Below, in pieces: positions 33,230 through 45,870 of a DNA stretch of 64,000 nt. The stretch lies in the NCBI GenBank assembly GCA_030704615.1, contig CM060733.1:32674001-32738000 (forward strand), read 5' to 3'. Under the pieces are notes generated by a model. The model saw only the letters and a list, made by a program, of their open reading frames with translations, was not told where the DNA came from and did no database searches. A program made the position numbers and the translations under genes. Position 1 is the first letter of the stretch, and each line of letters opens with the position of its first letter. This DNA is from Takakia lepidozioides. Lineage: Eukaryota > Plantae > Bryophyta.

Positions 33230-33870
33230 CTGACATGTCACGCACAGCAGACAGATCAAGAAACGCCGCGAGGGCGATCAGGGAGGCCACCGTCGTAGCA
33301 GGTATGCCCTTGCATGCTCATCTCCCCTTTTCCCTGTTTTCTTTTTCTTCTTTTCTCTGTTTGTGTGATAATTGGCTGATAGGCAGCTGGCTGTCAGGTC
33401 ACGCACAACAAATTGATCAGGGAGGCCACGAGTGATCAAGGAGGCCACCACCATAATAGGTATGCCCTTGCACTCTCATCTATTTTTGTTGTTACTTTAT
33501 ATTTATGTTATTGTTTGGTGTGTGTGATTGTTGGGGGCAGCTGGGTGGCAGATCATGTACATGGACTGACCAGGGAGGCTGCGTGAGCAATCAACGAGGC
33601 CACCATCATAGCAGGTATGTCCCTGCATGTTCATCCCCTCTTTTACTTAGATCTATTGTTTGTGTGTGATTGTTGGTTGAGAAGGCTGAAGTGTCTAAAC
33701 CCGGTTCAGTATGATCACATACACAAAAACAACAAGAGAAAGAAAGAAAAAAAGATGAGCATGGGGCCTACCAGCTGTGTCCTCCCTGCCGCGGCTCCCA
33801 GCTTGCTCCTCTGTGCGCAACCTGCCAGCCAGCTTCCCCTCTCAGCCACCATGCAAACACCAAAAAAACC
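33230..33870 (+). repeat. ~157-bp degenerate tandem repeat x3 plus one inverted copy
   Basis: GAGGCCACC...AG|GTATG(C/T)CC anchors at ~33302, 33460 and 33615. A reverse-complement copy lies at ~33715-33800. Confidence 0.7.
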
Positions 33871-34622
33871 AAAAATCCACTGTCATTCCTGCTGCCACTG
33901 CCTGCTATGCTATTTGTTGTGAGACTCATAGTTTTGCCCATAGAACAAGGTTCTAGAAGAACTGCCATCTACAAGGTTGTTAAACTTGAAGCTCGATGGC
34001 CAAAGAGAAAACTCGTCAAATTTCCAACCTGGCTAGCTAAAACACTGACATAGTTTCCAGCCCCACAAATCGATAATTCTAAAAATGCGGATCCAAAGTT
34101 CCTGAATTACAGATGAGAGCATCTTCAACTAAGTACAGACATAAGAACAGATTAGTACAGAATTAGGGCACACCCACACTCTCCCAGGTGCATCCCTGCA
34201 GGTCATCTGACCCCATCCCGAGCTTAGGGAAATAAAACTACTAGCCATAACTTATGCGAGAGCACTTCACAAGGCAAGGTGATGTGAGATGCTACTGTTA
34301 AGTGCAGATAGTTCCCAAATTGCTTCAATTCACATGTACAAATGCTGTTACAAATCACAATACACTCCATCATCTATAGACGACTCACCTGCCTAAGCAT
34401 CTGAATTGGTGTCTTCTGTGCATCTGAGCAAACAAGAAAGAGAGGGAGGAAGGAAGAAACGAACCTTACCTGCAGGTAGGGGCGAAAGAGGAGAGAGGAG
34501 ACGAGAGACGGCGCTCCTCCCCGTATATCTTATGGAACCGACACAGCTAGAAATTTGGCACAATTAACCATAGCCCAGAGGCCCGAGCTCTCCTGAGCCT
34601 GAGCCTGAGCAGCAAAACGAAG

Positions 34623-34699
34623 CACTACTAGAACCCCCTGTTAAAAAGCACTAGGGTACGGGGGTCCATTCGTTCCAGTGCTTCTCAGTTTTGGTAGTG
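34623..34699. mobile_element. Possible 77-bp mini CACTA element
   Basis: CACTACTAGAAC ... GTTTTGGTAGTG (10/12 inverted match), internal IRs AAGCACT/AGTGCTT and ACCCCC/GGGGGT, flanks AAG/AAT (2/3 TSD match). Confidence 0.4.
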
Positions 34700-35199
34700 A
34701 ATCGAGGTTGCAGCGCTTTGCTACATCCGTCTGCCTTCTTTCGTCCGACGTCTTCTACTCTGTTGCTGTGCTGTGGGAGCGTTCTTGAGGGGCATTGCTG
34801 CCTGACCATATGACTAGACCCGGCCTTGGAATGGAGAGAGGACATGTACTCATATAAAGACATTGTTTGCCCTAAATGCGGCCATAGACAGAGACGGTAT
34901 AATGCACTGCCTGCTACCTCAGTGAATTTGGGTTCCAATCCTGCTACATCGTCAAGTGTGGTAACATCTTCTCCCCCCTTCCAAGATGAAGGATTACATT
35001 GAAAAACAGGTTATTTCTGTCGTGCCCTAGACTTCAATTCTTGGGAGTTTGCACATTCTAGAGGGAGCGGTAAGCGTGAATGTAAAATGGGAAGCTGAAT
35101 TTTCATTGAGGTAGCGATAGACTTTGCATAATCTTAGAGACAATAATGTTGGATTTGTTGATGAATTGGCTGGAAATGTGATGCTGTGGAGTCATCTTC

Positions 35200-35671
35200 T
35201 CAAGCCAGGGGGACTTACTAATTCCTGAAAATTTCCTTCGAGGAACGATGGCAGATGAAGGTCAGAGGCAGGGGACGCAAGACAGGAAAGACTGAACGAG
35301 GAGCTCTTGTGGTTTGTGAACCCTTCATTAACACAGCTGAGTGCAATTGCCCGTTGTGCGGGCAACCCGAAGACAATATTCATTTCCTGATTCACTGTCC
35401 GGGGTTCTCTCACCAGAGAGACGCCTCTCCTGAAATCTATCAAGGGAATTGTGCCTGTACCTCTGTTTACCGACGTTGAAAGTCTCGAGGCTGAGCCAAA
35501 AGCCCAGGCCCTTCTGGAGCCTAGTTATTGGGCAAACCACACACAGCAGATTGATGCTTTTGTGAAGGGTTTTCTAGAGGATATCTGGAAAACCCGGATC
35601 AATTTTTTATACCAAGGTAAGTCTTACTACCGATGTCAGCCCCTGACAGAGGTAAGCCCCTGACAGAGGTA
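35200..35671 (+). mobile_element. Non-LTR retrotransposon 3' remnant
   Basis: ORF2-type C-terminal CCHC motif CPLCGQPEDNIHFLIHCPGF and FLEDIWKTR, followed by a 17-bp tandem repeat (35638-35671). Confidence 0.6.
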
Positions 35672-35760
35672 GGTTCTGTCCCTTTGTGTTCCGCTCAAAC
35701 TGGGCGCGGTGTTCCCTGTAATGTTCCAAGCATGGAAGATGCTGGTAAGCAAATGAGGTA

Positions 35761-36531
35761 TTGAGCTTGCTGAAAGTGTCACCAAAGTATATATGTGGTG
35801 GGTATTTAAGTGTTAACGGAGCTGACAAAGATGATGGTGGCCAAGATCAATGCCCGTTGGAGAAACCCGATCATGAACACGAACTGCAAGAGGAATCAAT
35901 GTATTCTAACTGGTTGGCGCTTTGCACAGCTTCTCCCCCGCCGAAGCGGACGTCTGTGGACCAAGGTCGGTACGGTTCAATACATAGTACTATCGCAAGA
36001 GCCATGACTGTACCCAGAAATTCTGTGGAGGACTGTCAAAGAGCATTGGATTTACTCGGAATGCCAAGCCTCAAATCCTCGTATGAAACGGATCTCGCAG
36101 TCTGCTATGGAGACAAACGTCTCCCAGCTTTACAGATTCCCACTGCACCACCAGAACATTACTTGGATTCTCCAAGAGAGGTGACATTTCTACAATCAAA
36201 ACCAGGGGGCACAGTGGCACCACTCCAGTCTAGCCCAGTGTATATTCAACTGGACCAACAGAAAGTTCGCGAAATAGTAGATCTTTCCTCACCAAGTCCT
36301 GAGCTATTGGAGGGGAAGATTATGAGCTTGAAGAAGACCCTAGCGACCATGAAACAGAGCCTGACTGCGAGGTGGACCCCCTGGAGGATATGTGGAAAGA
36401 ATTGGCAATCTCACAAGTGTTTGAGGTGCACACATCAGCCCTCATTTTCTTCAAAGTGTTCTGGGAAAAACCCCAATTCTGGAATGCTTCCTTCTAAGGT
36501 TCTTCAGAAATTTATCCAATTACCTAAATGA
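35761..36531 (+). other. Open 256-codon frame of unknown origin (possibly TE-derived)
   Basis: Long ORF without a recognisable domain, starting at TTG, adjacent to the LINE remnant. Confidence 0.2.
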
Positions 36532-36533
36532 TT

Positions 36534-36558
36534 TCTCTCTCTCTCTCTCTCTCTCTCT
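36534..36558. repeat. (CT)n microsatellite
   Basis: About 12 CT units visible directly. Confidence 0.9.
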
Positions 36559-37248
36559 GGCTTTCACTGAGGCTCTCTTGTGTTTGTCGTGTAGTTCTAC
36601 TGTGTCTGGGCCTCCCATGGGAGCTAGGCATTTCCTCTTTCCCATTTGCCTTCTTCTTTTCTTCCTTCCTTGTTCTGTCCTCGTCACGAAGTGGTAGTCT
36701 GATGGACACAGGACAACAAATATGTAGTGGAGGAACAAAGGGATGAAGGGTGCACACACAGCTTTGTGCTGACACCGGAGGTGGGCAGAGCGTGTACTCA
36801 CTGTGGTCTCATTGGCGAAAAAATTGAGCACATGTCACCTGGAGCAGGTCTTCCTGTAAGTGTTATCATCCAAAGCTCCAGGGTGTTTGGAGACAGTGCA
36901 AACAAGCCCTGTTTCGTTCTTCTCAAGTCGCCTCTGACCTTAGCTCGGTCCAAGTATTCATGTGAGAGAGGTCTACTGCTTATTGGAGATTCAAGAGAGA
37001 TTATGGTACCTAACTCCAGGGGGTCAACGGTATCTGTTTAGAAGTAAGTCCTTTTGTACATGCACTAAATCAACATTTTGTTCTTGGATGCTGCAGCGTC
37101 AGACAAGTTACAAAAGTGGGCACACAGGACCATCGGGGCATGATTTCATTTGGGGTGACATTATTGGTGGTGAGGAACCAGAAGAGAGATTAGAAGGGAC
37201 ACCTGAGTTGAAGGTGCACCCTATTGGAAGAGGTCGTGCACCCCCATC

Positions 37249-38078
37249 AGAGGATTGCTTGCATATTGAGTTTGCATACAGCAAGAGCAAGTAAGTTCTT
37301 TTGATCGAGTCATTTCTTCACTTGCAGACTGGACTAGCTTCAGCGACAATTTAGAACCCAAATTTCTCAATCTGGCCGTGACTTTCCTGGAAATGGTCAT
37401 GGTAAATGACCCCATAAATAAAGAAATGCAAACCTAGTGCCAATCATCTCTTTATTTCCTTATGGTTATCAGTATCACTCCACCAGTTCTTCAACTTCAA
37501 AATACTTTTCAGTTTATGCCCAGCAAATATTGGAACAGATCCAACGAATGCCGTCTTATTTTCTTCTGATTTTGGCTTGCTCATTTCATTTTGTTGCTTG
37601 GGAATTCCTTCATCTTTCAGTGTAATAGTAGGCTTGGCTTTGCTACTGGTTCCAAGGCCGAGAAACTGTTGTGGGGCTCCCAATAGGGAGGCCCAGAGCA
37701 TTTTCGACTGGTGAATGCCAGAGCAGGCCCTCTAATTTTTTTTCTCGCAATGATCTGATTGAGGTCTGTCACTCAGGTACCACCTAAAGGAGTGATTGTG
37801 GGAAAGATATACTTTTTGCTTCTAACTTGTTCGAAGGTTTTTCGTTATATCTGGTGGCCTGTTGCAATGCTTCACCATCAGTCTGTGAGGTCCAGTTTCT
37901 GCAACTCTGGCAAATTGCCAATTGTGCAGGGGATGCATTTGAGTGCAGTGCACAGACTGAGATCAATCTTCTGAAGACGTGTCAGCTTTCCGAGTCTCTG
38001 GCAGCCGCTCAAGTCTTTCACACCCCCTCAGGCTTAACTCTTGCAGCCCTCGTAGATGACTAATAGAGCATGGCGGTT
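37249..38078 (-). pseudogene. Degenerate LRR (NLR-like) gene fragment, duplicate copy 2
   Basis: LQKIDLSLCTALKCIPCTIGNLPELQKLDLTD LRR units; colinear with 28325-29179. Confidence 0.6.
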
Positions 38079-39819
38079 CCTCGAAAAGAGGACTAAACAA
38101 GCATGAAGCTTTGCTTTTGTTTTATTTCACCATGGAGATAGTATGAAGAGAATGTAGACAGCTAGCAACTGTGCCAGGCAGCCCAGTGTCATACACCTTG
38201 TGTCCTAGTTCAGTTACTAACAGTCCAAACTATCTGTTAAAATTCTTCATTGCAAGTCAGCTCAAACAGAGTGATAGTGCCAAGCTCGTTTGGCAATGTC
38301 ACTTGTTTCATCAAGCAGTATACAGGCAATGTCTAGAAATATATATCCAAACAAAACAAAGGCTTCAATTGCTTCAGCTTTCACATCTTACCAGCACGGA
38401 ATCCCAGCCATCAACATGGGATGCTTTGGTCAATGCTGCCATGTAGTTTCAAGTTTTTCAATGCTATGCCTCTGTTTCAGTTTCTGCAGTCCAGGTCTCA
38501 AGGAACCTGTGTCAGTTGCTCATGCCACTCCATGTCTCCCTCACTTAACATCTTTCGCTCTTCTTCCCTGCAGCTCCGTCACAGTCGCGCAGCTCCCGAG
38601 CTCGTCAGCCCGCCATAGCCGCGCAAGGGGAAGACTTACGCGATTTTTGGGAGACACATTATCCTATTGTCTTTCGCTTACAGCCTTTGAGAGTAAAAAT
38701 TAGTGTGGGTCATTTTGTTTTTTTCATAATCCAAGGATTCTCTTATTAAAAAGATTCTGAGAGGGTAGGGGCGCCACAATTTTGTAGTTTCAGGGGAACA
38801 AAGGTCCCAGCGCTTGAATCGCCCTGATCAACTTGAAGATTGAGGGGATGTGTGAAGTTGGAAGTGAGCTGTAAATTGATCATGGGCATCATCAAACTGC
38901 CCAGTGGATGCATGCAAAAGAGCTCACCACTTGAAAGTTGAGAGCTGGTGGGTGAGGATCATGAAAGTTCGGCCGTTCTTAGGCTCCATGAATTCGACAT
39001 TGAGAAGCCTAATACTATACAGACTGCAATGAAGCAAGCAATATTTCATCAAATTTGCTGCAGTTCCAAGACCAACCCCCTCTTAGAATTCACATTTCCC
39101 CGAGTGTAGGTGTAGGTGAAACTTGTGCCAAAGAGATCATGCTTTTCCTGCCCTAGCTGGAATGATCAGTTACTGGTAGTCATCGATCGCCACCTCTGGA
39201 TATGCTCCAGTTTTTCCGTCATTAGTTGTCATTAGTTGTCATTTCCAAGAAGCTGCTGCATAGATAGACTACCAAGCCCCTACTAAGCCCACATTTTCAA
39301 GGCATCCTAGCGACACGTAGCACGTTACTGATCATTTCACAGCTCCAGTACCCCTCGAACTTGACAGGAATTGTATCATCATCAGCTCGTCGTTGAAGGA
39401 ACCCATCCCTCGAAATTAATGGGCCAGTTCTCTTCGTTATCTTCAGCTTGTCAAAGCAAACAAGCTGAACGAGTCCGCTATCAAAGAGAATTATTTTGAG
39501 AGTTCGAGGGGGCTTATATCCGAGCACCAATCTCAGTAATTCATTCACACCTCAAAGTGTCTCCCTTCGAAGTAACTCGGAGCTTTGAAGCACAAAGTCC
39601 TAAGAAAGGCCTGGGAGACTCACACTCAGGAACCCCTTCTCTCCATGATTCCACACCATCAAAGTAACGGACAAAAAACTTTCCTACAGAGGCCTGGAAA
39701 CACGCCTCAGTTTCATGAATCCCATTGGATCACCTTCACGACTCCATCCCATCACATGTCTCTTCTCCTCTCCTCCACCGCCGATATAAGATCTATCCTC
39801 CTCTTAAAAAGCTTTAAGC

Positions 39820-42800
39820 CTAGAAAAACTCAAACTCAGGAAGAGTGCTGTTTCCTAATTTAGGACTCCAGGTCGCTCTCTCCTCCTCAAGGGCGTGTCT
39901 AGGGGTAGGAACGTCCCCAACTGCACCCAGCTGATCCGACCTGTAAGACTTGGGCACTTCTGGAGGCAAAGTACATCGGATGAGCGCCCAGTTGACGCCA
40001 TCGAAGAAGCGATGGCATTTGATCTCTCCCGCACCCCTCGTGGATCCCAAGCGCTTCATGGGGTCCTTCACCAGAAGCCCTCGGATCAGGTCCCTGGCAG
40101 CCTCGCTGACGGCAAGGGAGTCGCATCTGGAAGGGAATTCTAACGGATTTGACACCACGTTCGTGAACGTCAGTTCGTTGTCCGCACCTTTGAACGGGGT
40201 CTCGCCATACAGAAGCTCGTAAAGAAATATTCCAAACGTCCACCAGTCGACAGAGCTTCCGTGGCCGTCGCCTGTCAGCAGACGAAAGATGAACGACTGA
40301 GGACATGAAAAGTAGTGAACATCCGTGCAGAAAAGTTTGCCAACTCTTGATTCCATACTAAAAAACAGAAGGTCTCGAGAGAAGGGACTGGGACTGAGAT
40401 TGGAACATCCTGAGAAAATCTCCAAAACTGAAAAATGCACTTGCCACTGAGTCTGTTCGCACTTCCAAGTGCAAAAGAGACTTCCAAACAAAAACTCTCA
40501 AAATCAAATCATCGAGATGGCATCGAGATTGCCGCTGCTAATGGCCGCAGGACAATGGGTCCCAGACTAGTAGGTACATAATATACGATGAGGTTTACTG
40601 TAGTCTTCTGTGTCCAGACAAGGCACTGTGACATCTTGAAGATGATCTGATCTAGCAGTGGTACATAACGTAATACAGTCCGACAGCCTCTGCAATTAGA
40701 CTCCTTTCTCAAAGCTGATGCTCGCTTCTTCAAACAACGCAAGAGACATACTGTGTACACATAAGCTTATTGGCAAAGTTACGGCTTCAAGATCTCACGA
40801 GCTTCAAATTACACACCCTATAATATTACGACTATGCGACACTGTACGACTTAGATTACCAAGGAAACGTTGGAGTAAATGGAAGCCATGAATCAGAAGT
40901 TTGAATTCATACGAAGCAGGAACACCAATACAAATATCACATCAAGAACGCAGGAGTGTGTGTTCACTTCCGACATGTCTCGAGCGTTTCGTTTCTACCG
41001 ATTTGGCTGTTGAGAAACTCAGAGGAGAAAAGGGAGAGAAGGTGTTGAAGATGATGAGACGGGAGGAAAGTGCACCTAAAATGATTTCAGGAGCCAAGTA
41101 TTCGTGTGTTCCGACGAAGGACATCGATCGAACTTCTGTCGGCTCGACTACAAGCTCCGGCACAGATACAGGGCCGGGACTACTTTCCGTTTTCTTTCGT
41201 CCACGAGTCCGACAGAGCCGTTGACCCATCACTGGAACGCACGACTGAGTCATGACGGAGGCGCATGCCTCGATCGGCGGTCTTCGTTCAGTCCTCGACG
41301 GAAGCGAGGAAAGGGAGATGACGATAGTTGGACTGACGGCACACCTTAGCGATAAATCGAAGTCCGACAGCATGATGTGTCCGTCTTCTCGGACGAGAAC
41401 ATTTTCGGGCTTGAGGTCTCTGTACACCACCCCCATCATGTGCAAATACTCTAGTGCCAAGAGCACCTCTGCTGCGTAGAATCTGCGAGACGTGCAAATA
41501 CAAGAACATATCAGGATTTGATCGGTTTTCGATAGCTAGAATACAACTCAGAGACCTGTATATTGAGATCCCGCTTCATTCAACAACTGGCAGAGCATAT
41601 GGACTCAGTTTAGAGTTGGGTTTAAATGATAATTGTAATCATGGAGATTTACGACATTCTGGAGCAGGGTTTGATCATTCCGAATCTGCCATGCATTATA
41701 GTAGATTGCTCAGACCTGTGCATTTAATCTATCCTACAAGTATGTCTGCGAGCACGGTACAATTGATCCACTACGAACTACACAGGTCTCCGCTCGTGAT
41801 ACCATTCATTAGTGATTGGAAGATTGTCGTTGCAGATAGCTTCAATGAAGAGCATTCGAGGAGCATTCTAACTTAGTACTCAAATACTTTGGGCAAGCAC
41901 TCAAGTCGGGGTTACTGGATTTGACTTCCGAAAAGGGAATATGAAAGGTGGGCGTACTTGGCAGCCATCTCTCTGAAGCACATTCCGTGCTGCTTTTGTC
42001 GGAGTGTGTGCAAATCACCACCAGAGCAGTACTCCATCACCAAACATGAGAACTGTGCAGTGTCAAAATGCGCGTAGAGTGTGGGAAGGAATGGGTGATC
42101 CAAGCATTCAAGAATCTCCTTCTCCGTCTGAGCCCGCGATAGTTTCTTCCTGGTAGCGAGGGCCTTAGTATCCATCACCTGCCAACAGAAAACTTGAAGT
42201 GTCAGTTGGATATTCGGCGGTGCGAGTCAGTGCATGCAGGTAATGAAGTCGCAATCTTTAGTTTTAAATATTTACATTCGAATCGTACTCTAATCAAGTG
42301 AATGCGCCAGGAGCATACCCATAGCCAACTTGCAGCATCGTAGGTATTTTTGCTGCCAAAGGGTGACAGGGGACTGCAACAATTTTGTTTGATATCCTAC
42401 TGGAAAATATGTACTGACTCACCTTCATTGCAAAGTAGCAATTTGTGCCCCGCAAATTGCACAAGTAAACACTTCCAACATCCCCACAACCGAGCCGTCT
42501 AAGCAGCTTGAAGTGGCTGACGCCGACGCTATCATTGCGAGCACGAATAGCTTGGATTGCATCCCATCCCACGTCATTGGCCTTGTGGGGTTTGTTCAGG
42601 CCAGAGTCCGGTTGCCTGACACACATCAAAGTTTGACCAGGTGTGATTCAGTGCACCTGGGTTACAATCTAAAGAACGGGATAGCGGTCATATTGTGGGC
42701 CGGGCCGACAACTGGAGCTGTAAGCCTTTCCCAAAATAAGTCAGCCAGATTTATGAGGCATTTTTACACCCTGAGCAAACGAAGAATTGGATTGCAATCT

Positions 42801-43292
42801 TGCTAGAAAATTTCTACTCTGACATACTGGAACAACTTAGACTGTATGAGACTACCCTTGGAAACAAAGCGCCGGACTCACAGTGCACCAATCCTCATCC
42901 AACAAGGAGAGAAAATCCAAAGGAGCATGCATACCAATTTGAGACACCCGGGACAGTGAAGCCATGGCCAGTGCAAGGTTTCCTGACGGGCACGCGCGAG
43001 GACCTTAAAAGGAGAACCTTTCGATCTTCTTCAAAGTATGTAGGAGGCGGCAAAGTGTAAGTTTGATCAACAGACCTTTAATCTAGAGCACAACTGCTGA
43101 ACTACCTGAGGGTGTGAGGATCCAACTCTACACATCAGAAGGGGGTTGCCAGTTGTACCTATGTACAAGAACGTCGCTAATGGTAACTGGATCAGCCCGT
43201 CTCGCTGAGTCCTCGTTGAGATCGAAGGGAATGCATGTTGATGTGCAGCTCTCATAAGAGTCTTCCTCGGACTCATTGTCCAATGCTACCAT
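39820..43292 (-). CDS. AGCVIII (AGC1, D6PK-like) Ser/Thr protein kinase
   Basis: Exons 43292-43159 (start tentative), 42615-42423 ([18 protein letters not shown]), 42178-41958 ([10 protein letters not shown]), 41482-41076 ([11 protein letters not shown], activation-loop insertion, [14 protein letters not shown]) and 40271-39820 ending FEFF (FxxF PIF motif). Confidence 0.92.
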
Positions 43293-44568
43293 CTTTGTAA
43301 CACTTTGAGATCTAGCTAGGTCATCATTCTCGTTTGAAGCAGTATCCTGCTCCCCTTCAGTCAGACATGAGATCTGATAATTAACTTCAAGGATACGTCT
43401 TCACCTACTCACAAATACAAACAGAGTCTGAAGCTCCAAGTCACCTCTAATATCACCTCCGGACGTCAATTCGTGCTTGAAGCGTTTTGGTCCGCCAACG
43501 ACCCCGGCAACCAAGACCTCAAAAGCGAGGTCACGATCTGGGTCCAGTTTCCTACGAGAGCCTTCAGTGACCTCTCATCCATGTACAACCCATAAATTTG
43601 GTGGAAGCCCTTGAAGAAAGAACTCTACGGGAACTATTCCTGCTAGCTGCCAGAAAAACTTGAGGAAGAGAAGGTTTGCAGTGTGCACATTCTCAGTCCT
43701 GCCTTGAATTGATAGATCTAGACGTGATGCCTCTGACACTTTCTATTACCGACAATGTAGTCTGTGGAAAATCCTACTCCTGTGAGGATTGGGGAATCCT
43801 GGAGGGGAGGAGATTTACTGATCTAACTGTGGACAGTCAGCTGATCAGGAGAGTTCACGGAGAGACTTGACACATTGAAGCATTGAGGAAGTATATTGCA
43901 GTACAGTTTACCGAAATTGAGGGAGATATGACTGCAAAAACCAAACTGCAAGTAAAGTGCAGTGAGACTAGTGACCCAGTGAGAGAATTGTAGTTCCAGT
44001 GCGCATTCTTTTTGAACCCAGCGCTGCTTTGGTAACGGCCAAAAGTAGTCTAGTTCTCCTTTTTATTTTTTACTTTTTTGTTTTTTGTTTTTTAGGAATA
44101 TGGTCCTGAATAGTGCCTGGTGGTCTTTTCTTTTCTCTTTTCCGTTGGAAATAAGTCACCGGTCTTATCGTAGGAGCGACGAAGATAGACCGGACTGATA
44201 CCTACGTGTGTTGGGGTCACCGAGATGTATTAAAATCAAGTCCTCGGCTTCTCTTTGTATTTTGGACCACGTCACTATAGTAGATTATTTAGGGCATTGG
44301 CTTGATTCCGGAAGGAACTTTGTCCAGTAAGTTGGTGGACCTTCCATTGGAAGAAGACTCCTCAATCTGCAGAAGTGAGCATCTCGTGGACGTGGCAGGT
44401 TTTGATTGCGTACGAGGAGGCCTGCTATTTCCTGTACCATGTGTTCTTCTTTTCATCTCGTATTTTGTGTCCTTCGTGTGTCCTTTATGATGTGACAGGG
44501 CTGAAAGACCTACTCAGCAGGTCACTTTATGACCTACTCCATCCTTAGCGACAGTGACATTACGTCCT

Positions 44569-44629
44569 GTAGCGCTCTGGAGCGCGGCCGCTACGGGCCG
44601 TAGCGGCCGCGCTCCAGTGCGCTACCTAG
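44569..44629 (+). repeat. 28-bp GC-rich hairpin followed by CTAG|T (Helitron-like 3' end)
   Basis: 44569-44596 pairs with 44598-44625 with one T-T mismatch; CTAG at 44626-44629; preceded by TACGTC as in the 18285-19270 units. Confidence 0.7.
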
Positions 44630-44947
44630 TACGTAAGCGGTCTGCCGCTCGTCAAGCCTTCACCTTGGGCTATTGGGCCTCGTGATTGGCGGCCGGAAGG
44701 GTCTTAGACTCCACAATGAGAGAACACTCCAAAAGAAGCTTGTCTTGGTCTCTTTGGACATATGTGTTTTTTTTTTAAATTTAAAACAATCCTCATCCCG
44801 GGGCTTCTCAAGTTCCAACTGGTTTCGTGCGGGCTATTTCATTTTATTTTAAGTTCTTAGGCACTAGAGACCGCGGACACGTTTCTCATTTCTAGGAAGT
44901 AGATTTTCCTATGTATCTTTTGCAAATGTTCATACTTTTTCCTTATT

Positions 44948-45667
44948 GGAAGACAATAGGAATAATGTAAGAACTTAATGGACGCCTGTGATCTGACAGT
45001 AATTTCGCCAGATTCCCGGAACCTGGGTTCCTCCGGCGGGGCCCCTGTCAAATCCTCCCCACCCCCTCTTATCTCAGTTTCACTATTAAATACTTAAGAA
45101 TCCGAGTGGGACGTTTCAGGCGGCGAGGTTCAGGGTTTGATTCTTGGTGGGAGGCTCTTACCATGGTCCATGTAACCCTCCAACTGGTGTAACCCTCTGT
45201 AACCCGGGTTTCTCATGTAACTCTGGTTAGTCCATTTTATGCTTAGCCACATTTGGACTTAGTCAAATTTCGAGACCAAGTGTGGGTTACACCGACTAGA
45301 GTTACACTCCATTCTTTGTAACCCCAAGTGGAGTTACACACCCGTCGTGTAACCCGATGCAACCCCAAGTGGAGTTATACACCTCGTCGTGTAACCTGAT
45401 GTAACCCCATCTGGAGTTACACACCTCGTCGTGTAACCTGATGTAACCCCAAGTGGAGTTACACACCTCGTCGTGTAACCTGATGTAACCCCAAGTGGAG
45501 TTACACACCTCGTCGTGTAACCCCGACTGGAGTTGACACTCCTTCAGTTCCATGTCACTCTCAAGAGAGGATGGGGAAGATTTGATATGCCGGAACCTGG
45601 CGTACCATCCTGTCAGAGTTTGCACTGGTGCATAAAGTTCTTACATTATTGCTATGCATTATCTTCC
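44948..45667. mobile_element. MULE-like MITE, copy 2
   Basis: TIRs GGAAGACAATAGGAATAATGTAAGAACTTAATG ... CATAAAGTTCTTACATTATT...ATTATCTTCC; colinear with copies 1 and 3. Confidence 0.8.
45328..45530. repeat. 42-bp tandem repeat (~4.7 copies) inside MITE copy 2
   Basis: Unit GTGGAGTTACACACCTCGTCGTGTAACCTGATGTAACCCCAA starting at 45328, 45369, 45411, 45453 and 45495. Confidence 0.95.
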
Positions 45668-45870
45668 CTTTTTAATGATCCCAACTGCAATTAATTTTTT
45701 GACAGCATGGCCCACCTTCTCACATTGAAAGCAACAAATTTTAGTGAATTATGGGACCTGCATATTTTCTAAGAAACCCATGGGTCATGAAATTGGAGCA
45801 TGCAAGAAGGGCCATGTAGAGTTGACTGTCTACTTGGCAAGTCGTAGTCATAATTGCCCCATGCTCCCAC

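Noticed and set aside
38800-39550. Possible further LRR/kinase fragments (RLRGCVKLEV; ORF 39297-39548)
   Set aside because: Too short and degenerate to support.
45328-45530. CRISPR-like array of palindromic repeats
   Set aside because: Units are identical end to end with no unique spacers, lie inside a MITE, and there are no cas genes in this eukaryotic context.
45302-45625. ORF with repeated WGYIRLHDEVCNST (also 16684-16872 and 48602-48787)
   Set aside because: An artefact of the 42-bp repeat being a multiple of 3 inside a non-coding MITE.
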